From Dicyema japonicum (taxonomy: Eukaryota; Animalia; Dicyemida), in NCBI GenBank assembly GCA_011109175.1, contig RDEW01000095.1:40046-104045 (forward strand): a DNA stretch of 64,000 bases, written 5' to 3'. Of the stretch, positions 36,201-48,589 are shown in pieces. Every line of letters starts with the position of its first letter. Positions within the stretch are counted from its first letter, which is position 1. The notes under the pieces were generated by a model that was not told where the DNA came from, did not search any database, and saw only the letters and a list, made by a program, of their open reading frames with translations. A program made the position numbers and the translations under genes.

Positions 36201-37408
36201 TGATCGGCTTTAATTTCCATACAAAGAAGCAACAGAAAACAGTGAAATTGAAGAAAATTTAAAAATAATATCAGCAAACTACTAAATGAATTGAATAATG
36301 AAGATTAAAAAATGTCCTAATATAGAAGAAGCCGAGATCAGGTAGCATAGTGGTCAGTGCTGTCGGTCATAATTACCTGTGGTTAATCCCATATTGTTAC
36401 TATTTGGTAAAAGGTTTATGTTATGCTCTTTGTCTTCTTTAGCTCCTTAGATGTTTCATGAATGCTCCTAACTGTAGAGACACCTAGTGTCCTTCTGGCT
36501 CCAGGAAAGAGTTTCCATAATGGGGGAACGGACGGACTCGCACGATTCCCATTCTTCCTTAACGGACGACAACAAGAAGGGCCACATTATTTCTTGTCCT
36601 GATCCACTTTCGATCCTTAAGCCGCATCAGATATACCTATCCCATTTCTGAGAGCATCTGAGAGAACACCGATCGAAGGGACCGGTGGTCCTATTAGAGG
36701 TTAAGAGTTATTTGACGTCTAATTAAGGTATATCTATCTTCCACTGTCATAGTGGGACTCATCCTTTCCAAACATAATATCCGTTCATAACCCCTTAGTA
36801 AATTCATCGCAGTAAAATCACGAAAATAATCACTAATTTTTCTATCATTTTAACAAATAGACCTACACACGTGGTCCATTTCGTTGATTAGCACTTAAAA
36901 TTAACACCTTTTTTAGAGAATTGAACTTTTCGATATCTTTTATCTTAAGGACTTGATCACATGGTTCCTATCGCCGATTTAATCTCCAAAATCAAATTTT
37001 TACAGCAATATAAAAAATCAAAATTTCGACCTCTTCTATCTAGGAAACGCTCACGTGGTCTTGAATTTACCTAGAACCAATGGCAAGTGTCTCTAGCCAA
37101 ATGGTGAATAACTTGTCACTAATGTCTTTGTTCTGTTTTCAAATAAGATATTCAATTCAAAAATAACAGTATGTGGGTTTGAAAATTCTAAAGTATAAAG
37201 GAAAAATCAAAGATCGATTCACAATCTTATGTCTAATTTCACCACATGGGAGCTAAAACTAATAAATCACGTAACAAGCCCCATAGCAACCAAGAAAGTA
37301 GTTGAAAATTGTACGTTCCCACCACATTTATAATGCATATAACAAATCATACATTTAAATTTTAAAAATACTCAAAAAGTAAATATTTAATTTGTCAAAA
37401 TAAAGATA

Positions 37409-39042
37409 TTACCATTTCAAGTATTTCTGAATAGTTTTATAATCTTGAATCTTTTGAGTAGGTCCTAGACAACATCATTGCAAAGACAACCCACAGCAGC
37501 CAAAACGGGATCCTTGGAACGAATATAGTTAGAACAGATTTCACGTATGGTGCTTTCATCCACATCATTTATTCGTGCGTCCAATTCAGCATAGGAAATT
37601 CTCTTCCCATAAAATAATAGCTGTCTGCAAAAATACAATTTCTCAACCTCGCAATATCATCGCAAATAGGGGTGGAGCCGTCCAAATTGTACAAAAGAGT
37701 TGCTTTGAGCAGATTCTTTGCACTTTGAACTTCCGAATCACTTATGGAAGAGCATATTCTCTTCCTACAATTATAATATTGAAAGAACCATTCGTCTACA
37801 ACGGCCGAAATCATACCAGAGGCATTTTTTTCGTCACTCACAAAATACACCCCCTGTGATAATTCAGAAAATTCAACCATAATCCAGTGTCATAGTAACA
37901 CGTGTTGAAGGACTGAAAACAATACGCCAGTTTATTCGCTTGCACAGTTTTGGCGAGTTTAGAGGTCACATTGAGTCCACTAACTTGACTACAATCCCAC
38001 ATGCCCACAAGTGCGTTGGCAACCATCATAGGAATGCTATCTCCAGACCTCCAGCATGGCCCTTCCACAGCCAAAGCCGCGTGAACAACTTCAAGGCTAG
38101 GATCTAACACTTTAATCTGCGAGTCAATTTTTAAATCATTACATCCGAGCCTGTATAGACATATGGATAATCCTGATGGAATGGAATTTTTGAGCTTCCC
38201 AGGTGACCAAAATACTTGTACGCCAATTCAACAAGGGATTCGTGATCAACACCTACCAGAATTACAAACATATACCCCCCGAGGCTGCAAGTACCAACCT
38301 CTCAGCCTTATAATGAGTATTTATGTAGTCTATAAGGTCTTGCTGGTTGATCGACCTTGAAATCAAACATAAGCTCACCTTATGTTCTGAGGAGGTCCTA
38401 GAATTGTGTAGCTCAAAGAAGACCCACTGTACGCGATTGAATGTAAATGGTCGAAAACAACTTCCTGGAGATTTCCTTCAATTTCCTTAAAATTAGTTAG
38501 AAATTCATAATACTTGCATTTCTCGAAGAATAACACCCCTCTCTCGTTCAATCTCAACCTTTCCCAATCTACTATTCAAAATAATATCGGCCAAGATGTC
38601 AACGCCTAAATATTCTTAGGATACAAGGTTAACATTGATGCACGTGTCCATTGAGACATTTGGCATAGTAGGCAGTCATCTCTCTAGAAGTGTAGGCATT
38701 TAGATGCGCCCCAATTGTCTCAACTTCCATTTCAAGACCCATTTGCGATCGCTTATGAGAACCCTTGAAAAACATGTGCTCGAGAAAATGAGCTACTCCG
38801 TTATTCGAGTGATTTTCATATCGAGAACCAGCATCCAGAAAAAGACCCACCTTTGAAAAATAACTGAAACGGCATACAGTCGAAGTTGGTAAGTTCACGT
38901 GCTCGGTTGCAACACGAAGACCGTTTGGTAGTCTGGTAACAATCGTATTTTCACTTTTCTGACAAGCAGCATTAACGCTAAAAAACCGCTTATTAAAATT
39001 TATATACAAAAGTACCTTAAATAAAGAGAACTGACGAAGCAT
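37409..39042 (-). CDS. PMPCB: Mitochondrial processing peptidase beta subunit; about 10 micro-introns; one apparent 1-nt deficit at 37850-37854
   Basis: [31 protein letters not shown] (inverted zinc motif HxxEH), [46 protein letters not shown]. Confidence 0.93.
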
Positions 39043-39158
39043 GACGAAGAGAATTCAAATTTATTATTATTTATAAATAATAATTTAAATTTATAGTATA
39101 ACATTTAAAAGATTATAAAAATCGAAAAAATATTTATATATTTTAAATGCTAATAAGA

Positions 39159-39290
39159 TTTGACGAGTGACTCCGTCATCAGTGGACTCTCACTGCGGAA
39201 CTGGATAGTCAAAAAAAACTCACACACAAGAAAAGAAAATAGAAGTGAAGATCATTCCTTGGTTCTACGATTAGTTAAAATTAACTGTTT
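39159..39290 (+). mobile_element. SINE family B, 5'-truncated copy
   Basis: Closely matches 63868-64000, including the identical aagtgaagatcattccttggttctacgattagttaaaattaactgtt. Confidence 0.85.
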
Positions 39291-39391
39291 ACTTAAATAA
39301 AGTGTGTGTCTGTCTATGCGGAGCTATAAATACCATGGCTCCGTAAAAAAGGCTGTTATTATTTAAATGGGATTATAAATATTTTTCATAA

Positions 39392-39560
39392 TTGTGACGC
39401 AGTCTGATGACATCGGATCTGACAGTCGTGGGTTCGTATCGGAAAGATGAACTTTTTCAGCGAAGGTCTATTCTCGTCAAACAGATCCCACTCATGAGGC
39501 GACGAGTCTTTCTGGCTGGACGCATTAGTTGAAAGGGATATTCGTACTTTTCCCTGATTA
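39392..39560 (+). mobile_element. SINE family A, 5' part
   Basis: gtctgatgacatcggatctga.agtcgtgggttcg matches the reverse complement of 2570-2730. Confidence 0.8.
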
Positions 39561-41004
39561 ATTACACTAGCGAAGATTATTATTATAAAAACTTTTCCGT
39601 CGAAGAATCGAGGTACGACGACTTTGAATGGATGTTCTTCTCCAAACTTTTCCATCACTTTGGAATCACCCCAGAAGAAGTCAATGGGTTCTCCCCAGTT
39701 TGTCACGAACATGGCTGAATCACTGGAAGTCTTTAACGTGGACTTGGTTACCTCCCTCTATAAGAATAATCTTATAAAGGAGTTTGTTTTGACTGAAAAG
39801 CCCGCTTATAACTCTCATGATAATTCAAAATACAGTTCCGTGAAGCAAACACAAATATTCGCAATTCTCTGCCACTCTACAGTTTCTACATGTTCACGGA
39901 GTTCCTTGAAGGCAATCTGAAGCTAGATTGGGCTTCATCATAAAAACTCAGAAAGTGACCCAGCTATAAGACTTCCTTCCCCAATTCATAGAACTGGAAC
40001 TTGTTTTTTTTAACTCAAACAACTCCATTCTGCTGAAAAAATGCAACCAATTTGCCACCTCAGAGCCTACGTCAGCATAAGTCGATGCTTTGAAGGCACT
40101 TTGTATTGTCTCCCTCGTATGGAATATCGGGGACAACTTCTCTGCAACCCTACTAGACATGAATACTTCCATTTCCGTTAAAATATCATCAATGAGGGTA
40201 TTTCCTCCACGACCAGTATTCATGTTTCTAGATTGTTCTCAAAGATCCCAGAAGGTCATGGAAATTCTTCAATTTGTCACTGCCACGGAATTTTCAGTTT
40301 TTAATTTTATGTGTTTGATTCGATCCCTTTTTTATCAGAGGAAGTTAACGGCCTCCAAAGTTGCAGGTTTGATCCACGAATTTATTCCCTTCGCTCCCAA
40401 TGAGTTCTCTCTGCTTTCTCGTATCATTGAGGATAACTCCATGTTTCTACACGCTCAAAGGTATTCTTATGACTTATTGCAGAGCTAGAACGCCTTCCTT
40501 GCTGCCAGGCATCAAAAAAGGTCTCCACAGATCATAATAATGCACATTTGTACGAATCTCGAGCTCTGAATGTCTCTAATGGTTTGTTTTTTTCAAACAT
40601 CCGCAAGCTGTACAACGATTTTTGTGTTCTTCCTGAGTCTGGGTCATTTCCCCTTATTTGGCGACTTTTTTTGAAGATTGAAGTAACTTTGATGTTGAAT
40701 TGTTTAGAATGAGTTTGGTACGAAGAATGACCTTGATTCTGTGTATTTCCGAGGTATTCAGATTTGTCCATGGTGTAAGGTTTTGTTGGTTATTGAGTAA
40801 AGGATTTGTGTATGGATTATTTGGTGTATTCACCTGGGAATTTGGATGAGGTTGTAAGTGTATAGGTGGATAAGGAAATTCGTGTTAAAGTCCCAATTGA
40901 GGAGATTGAATTACTCATTGGAATTGAATTGAAGAAAATTGAATTGGACTATTAATATTTAATTTATATTTTAAAATCTTTTTTATTGTTTTTTATTTGT
41001 CTTT

Positions 41005-41750
41005 GTATGACAAAAGCCAAGCGGAAACTTAACATATTACGGGCAGTAGCTGGCCACTCAAACGGTCAGCAAAAAGAAAACTTAACTCTTCTCTACAAAC
41101 AGTTCATCAGGACTACACTCAACTACGCCTCACCAAGTTGGGCCCCCTCAATCTCCTTGTCCCTTTCTCAAGAACTGCAGAAAGTGCAAAACTCGGCGCT
41201 GAGAATAATAACTGGCTGCTTAAAGTCAACCCCCACCGACCATTTACATTGGGAGTCGAAAATCCTCCCGCTCTATGACCACCTGGAAATGCGTAATTTA
41301 CAATTCCTACGGCAGTCGTTCGACCCGAATCACCCAGTTCACGCTCTGCTAAGTAACAATAACCGCAGATACATACGCAGGACCCTCTTTGACCTACAAA
41401 GAGCCTTGTCGAAGATCACTCCCCCCTCAAGAAGACTCAACTTGGACCCGCCGAATCCATGATTTCATCTCAACACGGGCCATTAGGACACTTCAATATA
41501 ACAAAGTCTTGGAGCGCTTCCCCCCTGATATGAGTCCAACAGAAAAATCGCTCCGAGGAAGATCAGAATCGGACTGGCTCGCCTACGATGTGGACACCAC
41601 CCTTTTTTGGCTGGCAGAGTAGTTCGGGACCTTTTTCCCTGCCCTGGACCACCGGATGCAAAAGTCGAGGATCTCTGGGAGCGGCCTGTCCGGACTGCAC
41701 GCTCTCTGATGGTCGCCGGCTTCCCACTTGCTGGCGAAGCCGGGGTTAAT
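41005..41750 (+). mobile_element. I/Jockey-like LINE 3' portion
   Basis: Translates KLNILRAVAG...LLYKQFIRTTLNYASPSW...LQKVQNSALRIITGC..STP.DHLH.E.KILP, ARLRCGHH and DLWERP. Confidence 0.85.
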
Positions 41751-44679
41751 AATTTTAATTTTGTCTTTATATTAATGGTCTTTGATTATTGAGTCAACTC
41801 ACAAATGTAACAACATTTTTATTAAAGACAAGGTCGTAGCGATATTTATGGGGATTACGTTTTATTAAAAATCCTGCCAGGAGGCCTCGATTTTTTTCGC
41901 AGTTTTACCCACTCTAGCTTCAAAGCATCGTCTGGACGTACGTGTCCACTCTGGTCCTCAGAAGAAAGCACTTGATCCGTTCCACTACCACGCTCCTTAC
42001 TGAGTTGGTCAGCGTTTCCTCTTTTTCTAGTGCTTCTTCACCTACGAAGGGTCAGCTTGATCGCGATCCTTCTAGTCTTATCAAGAAGGTTGATTATTGT
42101 GTCTCTCTCTTGGGCGAAAATACTACCCTTCACATCCGTAGATGAGAGAGCAGAATAATTCTTTCAAAAATTGAGATAAAGGTCTCTTTTTCAAATCGAG
42201 TTTCTGTACGCAGAAGTTCCACAACTGTGGTTCTGGGTAGGCTTATGTGCTTGCAAGGACTTGTCAATCAATTTCGGAATCTGTGGAGACTGAATGTCCT
42301 TAATTAGCTGTTTACTGATAATTTTTTTCAGTTTGTTTGAGGTCAATAAAATTAATTATTAAATAAGTCAAAAAACTTGCTTCTGGATTGAATGCATACC
42401 TCCTACGATTTGTGTGAAAATGCTCTCAGTCATCCTTTTCGGCTATCCCTCTTTTTCAAGGTCATAAATGGTTTTGTAAACAATGGCAATAAACGTTACT
42501 TTTAACTGAAATGATACGTTGCTGATATCTTGAATTCGACATTTTTACCCGCATCACTAACAGCCTAAAATTATCACATTAAGTTAACATTTGACTTTGA
42601 GGAAGTGTCATGGAAATGGACCTATTTCTCCATATATCTTCTGAAGGAGATACCTGGACTATTGGAGGATGGATTCGGTCGACACAAGTAGACGTTCTCC
42701 CTTGGGCTCATTCCTTGGTTTAATTGGTTATGACTGTTTGCGCTGGGCTTACTTAAGATTCTAAGCCTGGGGTAAATAAATAAATTGTGACGTAGATTCG
42801 TCGCTAGGATTGTGATTATTCGTTAAAATTATGACGTAACTCTCTAGCAATGCATCATTAGTTAGGCTCCCTCGCCTGGTTGAACGTTTATCCTTTATTC
42901 CTCTCTTCTTTCTTTATTCTCGTTCTATTATAATGGTGTCGTTTTATCCACCTGTTTTAGATGACGCCCGATTGACACAAAACACCTCAGAGAGATTAAC
43001 ACTCTCATTCTTACTATTCTTTAGGGCCATGAATGATAGTCTCAATCAGGGAGATGAAATTATTTCTTGATTCCCCTTGTATCATAAATAACTTTGACAT
43101 ATCTCTGAAATAGAGCTCTATTCTGTTCCATCCTTTGGAGTAAAAAGTATTCTTTCTTTCTAAGTATTAGCCATTGTGGAGACCCTTCCACTGAAGTAGC
43201 TATGAGAGGGATCATTTTCTAATGCCATCCAGGTATTGGGTGTCTCCTGAGTCAGATGGATTCAAGAATTGAAGAGGCCGAAGAGCAGAAACAAAATTCT
43301 TTACCAATTAGGTAGCAATGTGAAAATCCAACCCAAATCTGAAAAAGCTTCCCTGACAATATATATGTTAGACAACATATGTCAACAGAATAGGAAATAT
43401 CAATATCACTTAAGTAGGTTTTTCATACGCCACATGGAATAAAAAATATTTGATTTTCGGTAAAAATGACTAATACTAATTAATAGCCTTCTGGTTTTTG
43501 AATTTATATTCATTATTTTACTTTTCAGACAACTAGAACATTTTTAATTTCCAAATATTTAACCCCACCGACACAATTTACACGCTGTCACCATAGCAAC
43601 CGAGATCAACTGAGGAAACCATTGATTTATATTGACGTTATGACTTCGTATTGTGGCTAGATTTTCTGAGCTCTTGAGAAAAGACAAAGACTTCCTGCTT
43701 GTAGGTCATTTTCATTAATTATTAGTCATTCATAAAAAATTTCAAGAAAATGTTATTTCTAAGTGCTTATTGACAAATTTGTTTAATTTTTGCTAACGGA
43801 CTTCAAAAAAGTAGGAACTTAAAAAAACGCCAAAATCTAGATCACTGATCCTCTAATATTATAAATACAATTTTTATGAAAACTGGATTCAGTCTAGATC
43901 TGTACTGTTCCATATGCGGTAGATGACACAATAATTGTTATGCATAATGTCGAGTAGGGAGAATATGGTGCAAGCGGAACCCTAAGGATTCATATGCTCA
44001 TAGGAAACGCGAAAGTGTTATTAACTAACAACACCAGTAAAATTAACTGTTTTATTTCATTTTTGCTAATAATTTTTTTTAAATCGAGGTCACTGTAAAT
44101 ATTTGGTTCCGAAATTTTTATCGAAAATTAGCTAAAAAATGATTTATGAGACTTTTATTGCTGTTGGCTACTCGAGCGAATTTCCCTGGCAGTTCAGAAG
44201 GGATTATAACACAGGCTAACTTTAATTTAGTTTTTGAAACAAAAAATAACAATTCAATAAGGGTGGACGAAATATTTCCACAATATATAATCGGGAAAGA
44301 ATTGACGGTTTATGCAAAAATATAGGCTATTTTTGAATGGATGGCAACATTTTCTCGTCATTGTAGGAAAAGTATCAAAAATCAAAGAATATAAGATAAA
44401 AGTACGACACGGAGAATTTTGATTACAAATTTATTTTTATTATTCAACAGTCTCACGTAGAATTAGATATCGTAACAAATCCCAAATGAAATCAAAAATT
44501 GTTTACAATGGTAAATTTATTTGACATTAAACCGCTAAATCAACTTCTTACTAACTATGAAAAAATATTTTAAATTATATTTATTTTTTTTAAATAACTT
44601 AAAATCAATCAATTTTTAATCTGGTTAACCATTTTGATTAACAACAGTAATAAAATATATTTAAAACCATTGAATTTTT

Positions 44680-45496
44680 ATGTCAACCGCAGGATACCTA
44701 GCCAGTTACAAATTATACATTAGAGTATTTAAAGTCAAATGAACTTTAGGGTTCAGAATTAAATCCAGAACGACATGGATTTAACGTTTACGACCAACAA
44801 TGGCATACTACCCTCAAAGTGCTCCACAAAATGGGACTTTTGAAGCTAACTGTCAACATCGTTCCGATAGACAGTCTTTCTCGCTTCATTCCTGCTGTTA
44901 AGAATTTTGATTCAAGATCGCTTCCTATAGTTTCATATCATAAATATCATCATAGCTATCATACACCTGCGATAACAATGAGGAAGAAGTGTTCCTATCA
45001 GATAACGATGCGATTGAAGAACATTTAAACTCCAAGTTTCCGGAATTTATGGCCGAACCTTATCCAGGACTTTTCAGTGAAATCTATGATATTTCTTGCG
45101 CATTTTTTGGCTGTGTCAAGAGCAATTACAGCGTTGAAAACGTCACAAATCATCTAGCATGTCTTGAGAAAGTTCTGGAGTATAATAATAAACCATTATT
45201 GGGGGGCGACGGGCCCTGTTTCGCTGACGTTTTCTTGTTTGTTCGACTTTACTTTTTACAGGTTGTTCTGAAGGTATTTGAATCTTAAACTTTAGTACTC
45301 TAAGCAATATGAGATTCCAAACTACATGAAGCGAACAAGGTCCCTCATTGATAATCTGGTTAAACAATACCCCATCAGTTCTTCATGTCCTACTGATCAG
45401 GATATTGTCAAGCAGTATTCTTACTCCCCAGAAATACGCATTCCTCTGTGTGATTGGAGGTTTTTTAATAACGTTACTTATTCTTTCGAAGGTTAA
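44680..45496 (+). CDS. Chloride intracellular channel (CLIC/EXC-4-like, GST fold); 3 introns
   Basis: YKLYIRGSELNPERHG..YDQQW..TL.VL...KNF....PI...SDNDAIEEHL...LGGDGPCFADV.L..RL...YEIP...SCPTDQDIVKQY follows the invertebrate CLIC pattern. Confidence 0.8.
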
Positions 45497-45673
45497 TTAG
45501 TGATTTTAAGCTAACTAATATTAATAAAGTTTTTATTTCAGTGTGACATTTCAATTTTTTGTTTGATAGTATCCAGCGTAGTAATCGTTATTCTTCATTG
45601 AATTTTTGCAGATATGTACTGTTCAATATATAATCGATTGTAACTTATATTCTACTTTTTTCGGCGGAAATGA

Positions 45674-48549
45674 ATGGTATTTATAATTATATTGTTTTAT
45701 TGTTCAAAAAATGCTTATTACCATCCAATTCTCGTCAAGGTTACCACATAATAGACTAAATTTCAGCAAAGTGACGATTCACTGTGGTTAAGAGTGACAA
45801 ACTGTTCTAGCTACTGTGGTCCCGGCTTTTACATAGAGCAGTCACTCTGCTCGTAAAATTCGTTTTAAATTTGATTTAGAGATAATTGTACTAAGGAAGA
45901 CATGAGGTTTGCCGCCTGCAGCCAAAAAGTGATATTTCCTTAAACTTTTAGCAATGTGAAGGGGATGAGCTTGATTTCCTACAAATGCAGTGCTCTCGCT
46001 TTAATTCTGTCAATTTTTCCAACAAAATGTACACGTGGAATTCCCTTATGATGCAATCTGAACCCTGCAGACTATACTGCTATCCTTCCAGCAAAGAATT
46101 CTACAGTCTTCTCTCTGACAAAGTTCTTGATAACACGCCGTGTCTTTACCCAAGCCCTGGACTTTGCTTGAACGGCATCTGTCATGTATAAAGAATCAAT
46201 TTATTGGCAGAAATACACTTGTGGGAATCACGACGGCAATTGCCACCCCTGCAACCAAAAGCAGTCGAAATGCTTTAGAATTAACAAAAATATTACGTTG
46301 AACGACTCCAAATCAGGTTTTAGTGATGCAAATTTAGATTACCGTGACGTAATATTTTGCCTTCAAATTCCTATGACGTATATGTCGAAGTTCAAACAAA
46401 CGGACTACGAAGGTGCTTTCTAGGTTACCAAAATCCTCATTAAATCAGCTCTCCGGGCCTCAAATGGAAGTATAATTTTAAATGGAGACTGGAATATCAC
46501 TCAAGTGAATACAATTCGAACTGGCAAATACTCTTATTTCCACTATAAATGCCGCATTAACAACGAAACCATCGAAACAATCTACTCTCAAGCTCCGCTG
46601 AATGGAAATTATTTTGTTATGGTTTTTCATTATTCTAAGAGTAACTAAGGTTTCCGGTTCCCTACCAAGTGAGCGACTCACAGTTTCTTACGCGTACACG
46701 TTGAACGTGGAAGACTCCAATAATCAGCCTTCAACGTATCAATGGAGGCTCAGATCTACGGATAAATGCTATAGTGGATGCCAACGTGGTTGATAACATT
46801 AAAATTAAGATTAGCAACTAAAAAGATTCCCAGTTTTTGTGAAAATGTCGAAACCCATTCGGAATCATTAGAAAGCCTCTGTGATTACAGACTACTCCCA
46901 AATGCGTCACAAAAGTGCTTTGTAAACTGCAGCATCAAGTTTCACAACATTTTCAGTTTAAGGTGGGAAATCAAAAACTGGTCAACCTGTCGATATTCCT
47001 GCCCATATCTTTTTCGGGAGAAGGAAATTAAATGCGTCAACATTTCTGATCAAAAAAACTTCCCAGAACACGTGTGCGCAAAGATATACGGTTTCCCGAA
47101 TATAACGAAAGAAAATTGTCTTCATTCATCTAACTTTTCTTGTCCGACGTGGAAAATTACAAAAATGTCCCGGGTAATTTGATACTTAAAAAATAAATCA
47201 ATATAATGTGGTTTTTGTAGTGCTATAAATGGGAAAATGGTATTGGAATTAGCATTATTAAGCTGGATTGCTGGATAACCGACAAAAGTACAAACGGGAG
47301 TCAAATTATCAAAAGAAGTGAATGTTTATCAAGAAAACCTAAATCGATAAGCTTTTGTGATATTAAAGTGTGCTTATTGACTTTTCAATAGGCAAATAAA
47401 AAAATTGATGAAAGCTGTGATGAAAGTTTTAAATCATGTGAATATTCAGCCTACGGCTGTTGCCCCGACGGAGTTTCAGAGGCTAAAGGATTGGCTTTGA
47501 AGGATGTCTGAAAATGGAGAGTAGTAACTTCAAATCGATTCTTAGAATATTCGATGTGTCTTTTGAATTCGAGTAAGGGGACTTGTTTGGGGCATATAAC
47601 GAGATGGTACTATGACAAATCAACTGGCAAATGCACAACATTTACATTTGGCGGTTGTCATGGAAACTCCAATAATTTTGAGACGTTGAATATTTGTCTA
47701 AGAAATTGCGAATACCCACTTTTTAGAGGTAACCAATATATGTTATTGAGATCCTTGCAAAATGGGAAATACACAAATTTTGCAAAAATCACGAATTCAC
47801 AGTAAATACTTTTATTATGACATTCGCACTTCTCAGTGTAAGAATATTGATTATAAAATCAACTCGTCGGAAATAAACTTAAATTTCTTTAGCTCAGATC
47901 AAGAATGTCAGCAGGAATGCGGGCTATTGGATAGGAAAAGTAAATTAATAAATTTTTGTTAGAATTTGATTGTAGCTTACCATTTAACTCTGGAGTTGTC
48001 GTGGAAGCTTTGAAAGGTGGTTTTTCGATATTCGGGATTTTTCCTGTAAAAGGTTCATCTACGGAGGCTGCAATGGGAACGCCAATAATTTCGAAACTAA
48101 ATTCCGCTGCCAGCAAAATTGTCTTAAACCATCTGTCCTTGGTTATAGATGTAAACGATATTTTAGGGTTGTGTTATCTGCCCATGCGCTATGGTAGTGG
48201 GAACAAAAATATGGAGCGATGGTACTTTAATACAAAAATCATGAAATGTGAGAAATTCTCCTATTCTGGCTGCAATGGCAATGAAAATCGGTTCACTAGC
48301 TTGGAAGCATGCAAGAAAAGATGCGAAGAATCCTTCAACAGCGATCAAAGTTTTGCTGCGTAATTCAAATTAGATAATAATTGCTTTGATGTGGCTGACT
48401 ATGGAAGTTGTATAGGGAGAGTACTAAGGTATTATCATACAAACGGGGGTTGTTATCCATTCTATTACAGCGGATGTGGTGGAAATGGCAATAATTTTGA
48501 CACGCTTCAAGACTGCCAAAAATTATGTACTAATGTTTTAATAAATTGA
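45674..48549 (+). CDS. PAPLN: Papilin-like ECM protein (signal peptide, TSP1, ADAMTS Cys-rich/spacer, TSP1 repeats, GCCPDG repeat, 5 Kunitz domains); 3 apparent 1-nt deficits
   Basis: CSSYCGPG; QCSRFN...PCRLYC...KVLDNTPC...CLNGIC; spacer ILNGDW; CEYSAYGCCPDG; Kunitz domains (RWYYD...FTFGGCHGNSNNF, RWYFN...FSYSGCNGNENRF, FYYSGCGGNGNNF). Confidence 0.85.
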
Positions 48550-48589
48550 TTTTATTTTTATTTTAATTTAAATCAAATAAAGAAAAAGG

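Noticed and set aside
14143-39042. Apparent cluster of mitochondrial genes (TRMT10C, POLG, mitoferrin, PMPCB)
   Set aside because: They are interspersed with unrelated genes and TEs and share no evident upstream motif, which is compatible with chance.
44397-44415. aaaagtacgacac matching the 5S rRNA 3' end
   Set aside because: Only about 13 nt match and no further 5S structure is present.
24207-48549. POLG, SELENOT, PMPCB and papilin as pseudogenes
   Set aside because: Only isolated 1-nt homopolymer deficits are present, with intact catalytic motifs and no nonsense codons. This fits consensus errors.
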